Shown here in pieces: positions 16,498-24,877 of a DNA stretch of 32,000 nt; position 1 is the first letter of the stretch; each line of letters opens with the position of its first letter. The position numbers were made by a program, and so were the translations under genes. The notes beneath the pieces are model-generated. The model saw nothing but the letters and a program-made list of their open reading frames with translations, was not told the DNA's origin and searched no databases. This DNA is from Ruminococcus albus 7 = DSM 20455 (lineage in GTDB: Bacteria; Bacillota; Clostridia; Oscillospirales; Ruminococcaceae): positions 2,280,001 to 2,312,000 of the forward strand of contig NC_014833.1 of NCBI RefSeq assembly GCF_000179635.2. The letters are read 5' to 3'.

Positions 16498-16511
16498 AGA
16501 TATCGTTATCA
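16498..16511. promoter_or_regulatory. degenerate operator copy AGATATCGTTATCA (site 3)
   Basis: 12 of 14 identity to site 1. It overlaps a 9-bp inverted repeat ATATCTTAT/ATAAGATAT (16478-16503). Confidence 0.35.
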
Positions 16512-16607
16512 GGTTCAAGCCTCATTATTAATTATATTTATATCATTCAATAATCTGATTTTCGTATTTTCCTGAATATAGATACCATAATTCATATTTA
16601 TCCGCAC

Positions 16608-16636
16608 TTGACAATTTCTAATTATTGTGGTACAAT
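16608..16636 (+). promoter_or_regulatory. strong sigma-A promoter for the small membrane-protein gene
   Basis: TTGACA at 16608-16613, 17-bp spacer, TG-extended TACAAT at 16631-16636 (TGG at 16628-16630). Confidence 0.6.
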
Positions 16637-16697
16637 CCTTTAGTTGACACCAGTTTCATACGGTGTAGATCCTCAGTAAAAGAAAGGTAAAATATAT

Positions 16698-16892
16698 ATG
16701 GACATTTTGAAATCAATAATGCCGCCAATTGCTGTAATAATAATTACTACAAGTACAGTTATCAAGCGTAAAGACATAAAAGAAAAGTTCTCTACTCGTC
16801 CGGTTCTTAGTTCCATACTTGTACTAATAGGATTCATAATAATGCTGTTATTAGTATTTTTTGCAACACGTTATGTCATGAAGATGGTTTAA
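16698..16892 (+). CDS. small two-TM membrane protein (64 aa), function unknown
   Basis: Monocistronic unit with its own promoter, RBS-like GAAAGG and a bidirectional terminator. Two hydrophobic helices are separated by KRKDIKEKFSTR. Confidence 0.5.
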   Translation: MDILKSIMPPIAVIIITTSTVIKRKDIKEKFSTRPVLSSILVLIGFIIMLLLVFFATRYVMKMV

Positions 16893-16917
16893 TTTTTTTG
16901 TAATTATATTATTCCAC

Positions 16918-16968
16918 CAAAAAAAGAGCTTGACACTACCTTTTTCAGGTTTGTGCCAGGCTCTTTTC
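16918..16968. terminator. bidirectional rho-independent terminator between convergent genes
   Basis: A-run, then AGAGCTTGACACTACC - TTTTTCA - GGTTTGTGCCAGGCTCT, then a T-run. About 13 pairs including G-U. Confidence 0.7.
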
Positions 16969-17018
16969 CTTGTCGGGGTGTGCAACAACACGCTTTAACT
17001 TTCATATGATTCAATAAT

Positions 17019-18755
17019 TTACAGCTTCCAGCTTGCCGCTTTCTGTCTGTCAGTAACAAATGTACGATAAATGCCATCCTTCTGCATGAGTACATTATGC
17101 TTGCCCTGCTGCACGATTTTTCCGCCGTCAATAACGATGATCTGATCAGCGTGTTCAACTGTTTTCAGTCGGTGTGCGATCATAATGATCGTCTTTTCCT
17201 TTGTCAGTTCCTCGATCGCCTTTGTCAGTTCCGCTTCATTTTCAGGATCGACATTGGCAGTCGCTTCGTCGAGAATGATTATAGGAGAATCCTTCATGAT
17301 TGCTCTTGCAATAGAAATACGCTGCTTTTCACCGCCGGAGAGAGAAGCACCGCCCTCACCGATCACAGTTTCATAACCGTCAGGCAGGTTCATGATGAAA
17401 TCGTGGCAGCGAGCCTTTTTTGCAGCTTCAATGACCTTTTCCATCGGCGCATCCGGATCACCAAATCGGATATTATTCGCGATCGTATCCTCAAAGAGAT
17501 AAACTCGTTGGAACACGAAGCTGAAATTCCGCATAAGACTGTCAAAGCTGTATTCCTTGACATTTTTGCCGCCGAGCAGCACCTCGCCGCTTTTGACATT
17601 CCAGAAACGAGCCATGAGACTTGTCATTGTTGTCTTACCGCCGCCTGACGGTCCGACAATTGCAGTTGTGGTATGTTCAGGAATCTTCAGATCAACTCCG
17701 TTTATGATCATTCTGTTTTCGTAAGCGAATGTGACGTTTTTCAGTTCAATATCATGATTTACAGGAGTAATGTCTGAGCCTTCAATATCCATTTCGGGTA
17801 TAGTCAAGATATCTTTTGCCTGACTGACACATATATCAACAGTTCGTATCAACGAAGAGAATCCTGCCATAACATCAAGGCTCTCATAGATCATAAAGGA
17901 GCTTATCATCATCATGATACAATATAACAATGACATACTTCCGCCGATATAAAAATATACAGATGCGGCGCACATCACAACACCGATGAGCTTTATCACT
18001 ATCTCCTGTAAAGTGATATATGGGATCACATCAAATTCAAGATGTGTATCTCCGTTTTGCTTAGCTTTTATCGCCGCTTCAAGCTTTTTTGCACGATTGC
18101 TGACAAGATTATAGTTCTTGACCTCTGCGATGCCCTGAATAAACTCGATCACTGCAGCAACAAGCTCTCTGTTCGCTTTTTGCTGGGCTGGTGCACCTTT
18201 GCGTGTGGCTTTCTGCATCGCCGCATTGACGAGCGCATAGATAACGACACCGATCGTCAGAATAAATCCGATACGCCAGTCAAAGCAGAATACAAACGCT
18301 GTTATTACGATAGTTGTCAGAATTCCCTGTGTTGTAAGCATGACAACTCTGGTAGCAACATCGGAAAGTGCTTCCATAGTGTTCGTTGTCACGCTTGTGA
18401 TGTGTCCTAAGCTGTTGTCATTGAAATAGCCCATCGGCAGATAGCGCAGATGCTCGGCAATTTCGATACGCTTGTTCGCGCAGGAATGATACCCGGCTTC
18501 GGTCTGTAGCATCGTTGTTTTCAGATTTATAAAAAGCTGTCCAAGTACTGATGCAGCAAGAATCGCAACAGCAGCCCATATTGTTTTGTATGTCATATCA
18601 CCGTCGAGAATGCCCATAACAACTACACCGATAGCTGAAATACGCAGCGCTGCAAATATAGCCTTGATCGTTCCAAGCCCGATAGCCACGTACAGTTTTT
18701 TTCTGTCTTCTTCATCGCAGAAATCAAAGAATCGTTTGAGTGTCGTAAACATCAT
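17019..18755 (-). CDS. ABC exporter, fused permease/ATPase subunit (type I exporter, multidrug-like), partner B
   Basis: 578 aa. Six-TM domain plus NBD with GPSGGGKTT, LSGGEKQR and ILDEATANVD. ATGA overlap with the upstream paralogue. Confidence 0.9.
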   Translation of the reverse strand: MMFTTLKRFFDFCDEEDRKKLYVAIGLGTIKAIFAALRISAIGVVVMGILDGDMTYKTIWAAVAILAASVLGQLFINLKTTMLQTEAGYHSCANKRIEIAEHLRYLPMGYFNDNSLGHITSVTTNTMEALSDVATRVVMLTTQGILTTIVITAFVFCFDWRIGFILTIGVVIYALVNAAMQKATRKGAPAQQKANRELVAAVIEFIQGIAEVKNYNLVSNRAKKLEAAIKAKQNGDTHLEFDVIPYITLQEIVIKLIGVVMCAASVYFYIGGSMSLLYCIMMMISSFMIYESLDVMAGFSSLIRTVDICVSQAKDILTIPEMDIEGSDITPVNHDIELKNVTFAYENRMIINGVDLKIPEHTTTAIVGPSGGGKTTMTSLMARFWNVKSGEVLLGGKNVKEYSFDSLMRNFSFVFQRVYLFEDTIANNIRFGDPDAPMEKVIEAAKKARCHDFIMNLPDGYETVIGEGGASLSGGEKQRISIARAIMKDSPIIILDEATANVDPENEAELTKAIEELTKEKTIIMIAHRLKTVEHADQIIVIDGGKIVQQGKHNVLMQKDGIYRTFVTDRQKAASWKL

Positions 18756-20512
18756 TCACCCTCCTTTACTGCCATATGAGTTTCCCACATCTGCCGATAC
18801 AACGATGATTTTTTGAGCAATTCATCCTGTGTTCCGCTTGCTTCGACCATGCCGTTATTTATCAGAATGATCTGATCGGCAGAAGCTATCGTAGACAGCC
18901 TGTGAGCAATAACAAGAAGCGTTTTTCCCTGTACCAGTTTCGCAACAGAAGACTGAACCAGGGCTTCATTTTCGGGATCTGTGTACGCAGTCGCTTCATC
19001 AAGAATTATGACCGGTGCATTTTTAAGCATCGCCCTTGCGATAGAAATTCGCTGACGTTCACCGCCAGAAAGATGACCGCCCGCACCACCGACAACGGTC
19101 TGATAACCATGTTCAAGCATCATAATGAAATCATGGCAGCCACACATCTTAGCAGCTTTCATTACCTCTTCATCAGTCGCGTTGGGGTTGCCCATACGGA
19201 TATTCTCCATGATCGTTTCGTCAAAGAGATAATTGTCCTGTGAAACATAAGCAATATCTCTATTGTATCTTTCCAGCGGAATATTTCGGATATCTACTCC
19301 ACCGAATGATATACTGCCGCTGTTCACATCCCAGAAGGAAGCGATAAGCTTTGCGATCGTGGATTTGCCAGAACCGGAAGGTCCGACCAGTGCATTAACA
19401 GTTCCCTGCATGATATTTAAATTGATGCCGTGCAGAATTTCATCCTCATTATAGCCGAAATGCACATCATGAAGCACAATATCAGCGCCGTTAGGCTTTT
19501 CTGTCATCGTTTTTGGACGGATCAGCTCGTCATTTTCGAGAATTTCCGTTGCTTCTCCGATGATCGTACCCATTTTTCCTATACCATCCCAATAGGAGGC
19601 AATCGTCATAACAGGAGAAACAAGTCCAAGAGAGAGAATGATCAGCATCAACAGATCAGAGCCGGAAACCGTGCCTTTCATGTAGAACAGCGCCCCGAAC
19701 GGAAGCAGACCGAGAAGAAAATACGGCATGATCAACAGTGAAATATTCTGCCAGAGATTGCAGCGGCGCATCCAGTCAATGAAGCAGTCTGCTCCCTCTT
19801 TTGCTGCGATAACGAATTTATCATACGATTTTTTTGCCTTGCCAAAAGCCTTGATGACCTCAATACCGTTGATATACTCTACCGCAGTATCGTTCAGACG
19901 CTTTGTTTTGATAACGCAGTTTTCATAACTTTCCTTGCCTCCGACCATCATCAGCATGAAAAAGCCCACGCCAACAGGTACACAGATAAAAGAAATCAGC
20001 GTCAGTTTCCAGTTAATTGTCATCATGTAGATAATAAGTGCGATCGGAACGAACGCGGAGGACAGTACCTCCGGAATGATATGAGCAAGCGTAGTTTCGA
20101 TGGAATCAACACGTTCGCAAATGATATTTTTGTATGTGCCGCTTGACTGCGACAGTACCGAACCGAGCGGCAGCTTTGAAAGCTTTTCGGTAAGTTGTCT
20201 GCGGATATTTGCTAGTACCTCAAAAGTAGCCGCATGAGAAAGTGTCGTTGACACTGCATGGCAAACACGACTTAGCAGCCAGAAAACAGCCATTTTGATG
20301 ATACTAGCTTTCAACAGCGACATATCCTTATCAAGCGTTCCTGCGTGCATTTCCAGAAGTTTTCGGACGATATCCGCCATATACAGATACGGCATCAGCC
20401 CGAATACTACCTTACACATTGCCAGAATTACGCTCAATATGTAATTCGGTTTCTTCTGCCCCGCAAATTCAACCACCCAGCTGATCGCAGAGCGTTTCTT
20501 GGTTTGTTCCAT
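18752..20512 (-). CDS. ABC exporter, fused permease/ATPase subunit, partner A
   Basis: 586 aa. TMD plus NBD with GPSGSGKST, LSGGERQR and ILDEATAYTD. The heterodimeric arrangement resembles the YheI/YheH or BmrCD type. Confidence 0.9.
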   Translation of the reverse strand: MEQTKKRSAISWVVEFAGQKKPNYILSVILAMCKVVFGLMPYLYMADIVRKLLEMHAGTLDKDMSLLKASIIKMAVFWLLSRVCHAVSTTLSHAATFEVLANIRRQLTEKLSKLPLGSVLSQSSGTYKNIICERVDSIETTLAHIIPEVLSSAFVPIALIIYMMTINWKLTLISFICVPVGVGFFMLMMVGGKESYENCVIKTKRLNDTAVEYINGIEVIKAFGKAKKSYDKFVIAAKEGADCFIDWMRRCNLWQNISLLIMPYFLLGLLPFGALFYMKGTVSGSDLLMLIILSLGLVSPVMTIASYWDGIGKMGTIIGEATEILENDELIRPKTMTEKPNGADIVLHDVHFGYNEDEILHGINLNIMQGTVNALVGPSGSGKSTIAKLIASFWDVNSGSISFGGVDIRNIPLERYNRDIAYVSQDNYLFDETIMENIRMGNPNATDEEVMKAAKMCGCHDFIMMLEHGYQTVVGGAGGHLSGGERQRISIARAMLKNAPVIILDEATAYTDPENEALVQSSVAKLVQGKTLLVIAHRLSTIASADQIILINNGMVEASGTQDELLKKSSLYRQMWETHMAVKEGE

Positions 20513-20556
20513 AAAAGGTCCTCCTTCATAAAGTTAGTTATATCTAACCTATATTC

Positions 20557-20582
20557 AAAAGAAAATCGGCATCAGATGCCGA
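20557..20582 (-). terminator. weak or leaky intrinsic terminator-like hairpin between tetR and the ABC exporter genes
   Basis: Minus strand UCGGCAU-CUG-AUGCCGA followed by UUUUCUUUU. It overlaps the tetR stop codon. The loop is only 3 nt. Confidence 0.35.
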
Positions 20583-21189
20583 GTATCTTTTTCCAACCTG
20601 CAGAAAAAAAAGCGTCCAGTGTCTCTGCATAATGCATGGCTTCTTCACGACTGAAGTCGTGGATCACCGCCTCAAACAACGCGGACACATTTGCCGTCAC
20701 CAACATATGAAATTCCTGCTTTGAAAGTTCATTGACGGTCATATTGTACTGTTTCAAACGCTCGAAATAATCCAGAGTGGATCGTTCCTCCAGTTCTGCC
20801 ATATCGTGAACAAAACGCTCAAATCTGGTTCCCTGTGAACGACAGATCAGCAGCTTGAAGGCTTCAAAATGGTCGTAGATAAAGCACATCAACCACTTGG
20901 TCTCGCTTTCGCTGTCATTCCAGAGCTGCTGTATATCGCCGCATTTCATGACTTCATAACCCTGTTCAACGAACGCCTGATATTTCGCCATCAACTCGCG
21001 GATCGTAGGTTCTACAAGCACTGCAAATATTTCCTCTTTGTTCGGGAAATGCCTGTACAACGCACCGACAGTCAGCCCGACTTCATTTGCGATCCTACGC
21101 ATGGATGCATTCTCAAAGCCGTATTCCATAAATTCTTTGACCGCTGCTTTGAGGATCTTTTCGTGCGATTCGGATTTATCTCTCGGCAT
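20572..21189 (-). CDS. TetR/AcrR-family transcriptional regulator
   Basis: I prefer ATG 21189 (MPRDKSESHEKILKAAVKEFMEYGFENASMRRIANEVGLTVGALYRHF), the classic TetR N-terminal HTH. RBS GAGGGAGG. Confidence 0.9.
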   Translation of the reverse strand: MPRDKSESHEKILKAAVKEFMEYGFENASMRRIANEVGLTVGALYRHFPNKEEIFAVLVEPTIRELMAKYQAFVEQGYEVMKCGDIQQLWNDSESETKWLMCFIYDHFEAFKLLICRSQGTRFERFVHDMAELEERSTLDYFERLKQYNMTVNELSKQEFHMLVTANVSALFEAVIHDFSREEAMHYAETLDAFFSAGWKKILGI

Positions 21190-21208
21190 ATACAGACCTC
21201 CCTCTACT

Positions 21209-21227
21209 GTAAATGAACACCGTTTAC
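21209..21227. promoter_or_regulatory. imperfect palindrome GTAAATGAACACCGTTTAC, probable TetR operator 2
   Basis: GTAAA-N9-TTTAC dyad in the tetR 5' UTR. It shares GTAAAC/GTTTAC half-sites with 21267-21283. Confidence 0.45.
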
Positions 21228-21233
21228 TATAAA

Positions 21234-21262
21234 ATATTATCACAATCTCAAAGATTTGTCAA
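21234..21262 (-). promoter_or_regulatory. promoter of the tetR-ABC exporter operon
   Basis: Minus strand: TTGACA (21262-21257), 17-bp spacer, TAATAT (21239-21234), with an adjacent TGTGATAAT alternative. Confidence 0.5.
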
Positions 21263-21266
21263 GACA

Positions 21267-21283
21267 AGTAAACAATGTTTACT
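21267..21283. promoter_or_regulatory. perfect 8-1-8 palindrome AGTAAACA-A-TGTTTACT, probable TetR operator 1
   Basis: Perfect dyad abutting the -35 element of the tetR promoter. Confidence 0.55.
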
Positions 21284-21362
21284 AACAACGTACAAAATAA
21301 TTATTAATCAGATCCCAGATATCAGCATTTATTACAAAAGCGCAGTATGAACTGCTGATTCT

Positions 21363-21405
21363 AAAAAAACTACCGCGCAGTGTGATGCTGCACGGCAGTA
21401 TTTTT
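21363..21405. terminator. bidirectional terminator downstream of the Zn-ribbon membrane-protein gene
   Basis: A7, then ACTACCGCGCAG - TGTGATG - CTGCACGGCAGT, then T5. 10 of 12 positions pair. Confidence 0.6.
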
Positions 21406-21533
21406 AGAAAAAAGAATTTTTGCAAATATAATCTCTCAACTTTTTTAGTTCCGGATTTCTGTACAGGTATTTCGTAGCAGTTGCTGGAAAACTTCTATAT
21501 AAGAATCAACCTAAAAGCAAGTGTTTGAAATTA

Positions 21534-22346
21534 TCACATATACTGATGGAACAAAAGCTGAGGTGTATAAGTCTTGAGTTTATCCTTGGTATCATAGTAG
21601 ACAGTCAGAACAACAGGCTGCTCATCACCGCTGTCATTTTCATACCAATAGCGATAAATATATGCAGTTCCATCCTTGGTAAAAGCTATACTGTATGGAT
21701 CCATATCAAGCTCTTTATCTATAGCAGACTTATCTGTACCCGGATTGAACTTATCAAGATTAATAGTATGTTCTTTTTTTACACCTTTGATATCGCTCTT
21801 TATTCGTTTAAAATTACAATAACGAACTTCGGTGATCCTGTTTTCATCGTCTGTATTGATAACAACAGCCCACTCGGGATAAGTAACACCATCAATACGC
21901 AGATCATCGTCTGACTCGGCTACATAGTTATAATCAATCACAGCCGTAAAACCTTTATATCCAGATTCTTGCTTTATCTTAAAATCAAGCTTCTTTGAAG
22001 CTATCTCAAAGTCTGCACCTATAAAATCAGCAGCTTTCTTTGCGTATTTCTCACCTTTGGATCCCATTGATCTTACAATAAGAACGACAGCAAGCACTAA
22101 AATGAGCAGCGAAAGCACAACTATTGCTATAAGCTTGATATTATGAAAATCAAATTTTTTTAGATCAGGTCTTTTAAGATGTTTTTTCTTCTCCGTCCTT
22201 GTGAATTTATCATCATCCGGAAGAGGATCTTTCTTTTTCTTAAATAGGCGCTCTGCCAGCTGGGTATCAATAAAAAGCTCTGCACTGCAGTACTGACAGA
22301 TCTTATCATGATCACCGACTGTTTCGCCGCATTTAGGACATTTCAT
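21534..22346 (-). CDS. zinc-ribbon membrane protein (cytoplasmic C4 ribbon, one TM helix, extracytoplasmic domain)
   Basis: I prefer ATG 22346 (MKCPKCGETVGDHDKICQYCSAEL), 8 nt after AAGGAG. The track start at 22364 contains that RBS. TM helix LIAIVVLSLLILVLAVVLIV. Confidence 0.7.
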   Translation of the reverse strand: MKCPKCGETVGDHDKICQYCSAELFIDTQLAERLFKKKKDPLPDDDKFTRTEKKKHLKRPDLKKFDFHNIKLIAIVVLSLLILVLAVVLIVRSMGSKGEKYAKKAADFIGADFEIASKKLDFKIKQESGYKGFTAVIDYNYVAESDDDLRIDGVTYPEWAVVINTDDENRITEVRYCNFKRIKSDIKGVKKEHTINLDKFNPGTDKSAIDKELDMDPYSIAFTKDGTAYIYRYWYENDSGDEQPVVLTVYYDTKDKLKTYTPQLLFHQYM

Positions 22347-22398
22347 CCAAAACACTCCTTGCATTCAGCAATAACACGCTGTTATTAAATATATATAC

Positions 22399-22848
22399 TC
22401 ATATGGCTCTGAGCAGTTCTGCTTTCAGAAGCTGCTCACTGCTGTCCTGAAGATAGCAGTAATAATCCTGAAAAGCTATCTCATCATCAGCACCGTCAAG
22501 CAGATAAAAAAGGGTCTTTTCAATTATACTTACCCACATTAGAAGTTTTTCATGTTCCTCATCATTAACTCCGTCATTTGAACTACTGCCACGAGATACA
22601 CACCAGGTCCTGGTAAGACGTATTATGCTGATTATATCATATACAAGATATTTATCGATCACTTCAGCAGAAAGATCATTTTTAAGTATACGGATACTTT
22701 CCATGATCTGTATAAAATTATCTTCATTCAGCTCTCCGCCGGACGGACGAAGTCTACCAATAAAACCAAATTCCCATCTCGGATCGTCAACATTTCTGTT
22801 GCGGCATGAATGAAATGATAAAATTTCCTGCGCATCACTTTTAGTCAT
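22399..22848 (-). CDS. hypothetical cytoplasmic protein (149 aa)
   Basis: ORF preceded by a GGGGGAG RBS and its own promoter. No family recognised. Confidence 0.6.
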   Translation of the reverse strand: MTKSDAQEILSFHSCRNRNVDDPRWEFGFIGRLRPSGGELNEDNFIQIMESIRILKNDLSAEVIDKYLVYDIISIIRLTRTWCVSRGSSSNDGVNDEEHEKLLMWVSIIEKTLFYLLDGADDEIAFQDYYCYLQDSSEQLLKAELLRAI

Positions 22849-22912
22849 AATATTGCTCCCCCAAAGCTTTTCTGACGATATGTCACGTTTGATGAAATTT
22901 TCATACTATTTA

Positions 22913-22941
22913 ATTATATCATATATCCTCAAAAAAATCAA
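22913..22941 (-). promoter_or_regulatory. sigma-A-type promoter for the 22848..21534 gene pair
   Basis: Minus strand: TTGATT (22941-22936), 17-bp spacer, TG-extended TATAAT (22918-22913). Confidence 0.5.
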
Positions 22942-22989
22942 TTGCAAGCCTGCACAAAGCAAAAAAAAGATTTTAATGCATTTTACCTA

Positions 22990-23021
22990 CAAAAAGACCG
23001 TCAGAACATCACCGACGGTCT
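22990..23021 (-). terminator. rho-independent terminator of the DHH phosphoesterase gene
   Basis: Minus strand AGACCGUC-GGUGAUGUUCU-GACGGUCU followed by UUUUU. Confidence 0.75.
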
Positions 23022-23060
23022 GTAAATAACTTAATTTTCAATAGATATAAACTTAAATAA

Positions 23061-23993
23061 TCAAACAGGTATCTTTCCGTTAAGTTTATCAATAATTACC
23101 GGCAATTCATTGTCAACAATGTCATTGTTAAGCTGACAAGTACCTGCATTCGCATGACCGCCTCCGCCATAAGAAAGACATAGTGTACCTATATCAAAAG
23201 GTGATGATCTGTTTATTATAGACTTACCGATCATAACAGCAGTATTCTGTTTCTTGAAGCCCCAGGCAACGTGAACTGACAACTCGACCTCAGGCCACAT
23301 AGCATATACCATAAAACGGTTGCCCGCAAATATAGTATCCTCTTTACGAAGGTCTATAACTGCGACCTTGTCATGTATCTCCGTTATACGCTTCAACTGT
23401 TCCTTGAACGCATCCTGCTGTTCAAAATAAAGATCCACACGTTCTTTAACATCAGGAAGCTTGAGGACATCCTCAATAGAATGGTCAACACAAAAATCAA
23501 TAAGTTTCATCATCAGATCATAGTTAGATATACGGAAATTATGAAATCTTCCAAGACCTGTTCGAGCATCCATAATAAAGTTCATAAGCACCCAACCGGA
23601 TGGATTAAGGATCTCATCTTCCGTAAAATCAGCACTATCACCTTTATCGACTGCTTCCATTATCTCTTCCGATACTCCGTGGAATACAAGCTCGCCGCCA
23701 TAATAATCATAAACAACCCTTGCGGCGGATTTGGCGTTACCGTCGATTATGTACTTGCCCAGATAATCTTCCAGCTTATTTCTTATAAGCTCACTCTCGT
23801 GATGGTCAAAAGCAAGACCTACACGTTTATCAAAAGGCAGGTTGGTAGTTATATCATTTTCTGACAGCTCTATCTTTCCATCCTGAACATCTTTGGGATG
23901 AACAAATTTGATCTCATCAATGATCTCGATCTCCTTGAGCAGCATAGCGCAAACCAAGCCGTCAAAGTCACTTCTTGTAACAAGTCTTCTCAT
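23061..23993 (-). CDS. DHH/DHHA1-family phosphoesterase
   Basis: Motifs RSDFDGLVCA (DxD), AFDHH (DHH) and GGGGHANAG (DHHA1 GGGH). I prefer ATG 23993 (MRRLV...), after GGAGG within the track's first codons. Confidence 0.78.
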   Translation of the reverse strand: MRRLVTRSDFDGLVCAMLLKEIEIIDEIKFVHPKDVQDGKIELSENDITTNLPFDKRVGLAFDHHESELIRNKLEDYLGKYIIDGNAKSAARVVYDYYGGELVFHGVSEEIMEAVDKGDSADFTEDEILNPSGWVLMNFIMDARTGLGRFHNFRISNYDLMMKLIDFCVDHSIEDVLKLPDVKERVDLYFEQQDAFKEQLKRITEIHDKVAVIDLRKEDTIFAGNRFMVYAMWPEVELSVHVAWGFKKQNTAVMIGKSIINRSSPFDIGTLCLSYGGGGHANAGTCQLNNDIVDNELPVIIDKLNGKIPV

Positions 23994-24073
23994 GTTTGCC
24001 TCCATAATTTACGATATGATCATGTGAAAAATTATTAATGCTCACAAGACGCATTTATCATTTAGCTATATAA

Positions 24074-24102
24074 ATTATAGCAAATTATTTCGTTAATGTC
24101 AA
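24074..24102 (-). promoter_or_regulatory. consensus sigma-A promoter of the DHH phosphoesterase gene
   Basis: Minus strand: TTGACA (24102-24097), 17-bp spacer, TATAAT (24079-24074). Confidence 0.6.
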
Positions 24103-24171
24103 TATTATTTTATATAAATTCAACCAAAGTTTTTTGTTCTCTTTGTGAAAATGTGTATTTTAAAAATGAAG

Positions 24172-24211
24172 CAAACAAAATAAGACAGCAGATAAATCAA
24201 TCTGCCGTCTT
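24172..24211 (-). terminator. rho-independent terminator of the metA-yoaK operon
   Basis: Minus strand AAGACGGCAGAU - loop - AUCUGCUGUCUU (one G-U pair) followed by AUUUUGUUU. The 5' arm overlaps the last yoaK codons. Confidence 0.7.
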
Positions 24212-24877
24212 ATCATTTGGTGTACGATAGGTTCTGAGTATAAATAATGCACCTGCGTGTCCTATAAGACATATCAAAACAGCTTTAATGCCGATAAAAC
24301 CAGTAAGAACATTACCAATAACAGCACCAACGATAAATATACATATAATACTGAAGTATTCGCGTGCTTTCTTCCTCTGAGATACATCCCGTGATTTAAG
24401 ATAGGCAAACAGGCTCTCACTTCCGCTGCGAAGATTGCCTGTACACATAGTAGTTGCATATGCATTTCCGTTCAGCCTTCTGAAACCTTCCACCTGCATA
24501 GCGCAGGTCAGTGAAACAAGAACATTCGCTATATTATTATGACTTTCAGGAATGAACCCGACCACAGCGATAATAAACATTTCAAGCAATAGAGTGATCT
24601 GATGCCAGTGAACTTTGGGATCATCATTGAATTTAGACTTTATGAGTTCCACTGCAAGGACACCGACAACAAAAGAAATGATCGGAATCAGATAATGCAC
24701 AGCGGCACCAAATTCACATTCAGTTAGTTTCAGTCCCATAAGTACTATATTACCCGTTTGTGCATTAGCGAAGACTCCCCCACGGCTGATATAGGTATAG
24801 GTGTCAAGATAACCACCCACAAGAGTCAGCAGTGCGCCTACCTTGAAATTCTCTGCAGCATGTCTTGTTTTGCTCAT
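24197..24877 (-). CDS. YoaK-family (DUF1275) membrane protein
   Basis: 226 aa, multi-TM. N-terminal LLTLVGGYLDTYTYISRGGVFANAQTGNIVLMG is typical of DUF1275. ATGA overlap with metA. Confidence 0.8.
   Translation of the reverse strand: MSKTRHAAENFKVGALLTLVGGYLDTYTYISRGGVFANAQTGNIVLMGLKLTECEFGAAVHYLIPIISFVVGVLAVELIKSKFNDDPKVHWHQITLLLEMFIIAVVGFIPESHNNIANVLVSLTCAMQVEGFRRLNGNAYATTMCTGNLRSGSESLFAYLKSRDVSQRKKAREYFSIICIFIVGAVIGNVLTGFIGIKAVLICLIGHAGALFILRTYRTPNDKTAD

Noticed and set aside
17097-20632. Multiple plus-strand ORFs of 60-183 aa inside the ABC exporter genes
   Set aside because: All are antisense to ORFs carrying complete Walker A, signature and Walker B motifs. None has start-site signals.
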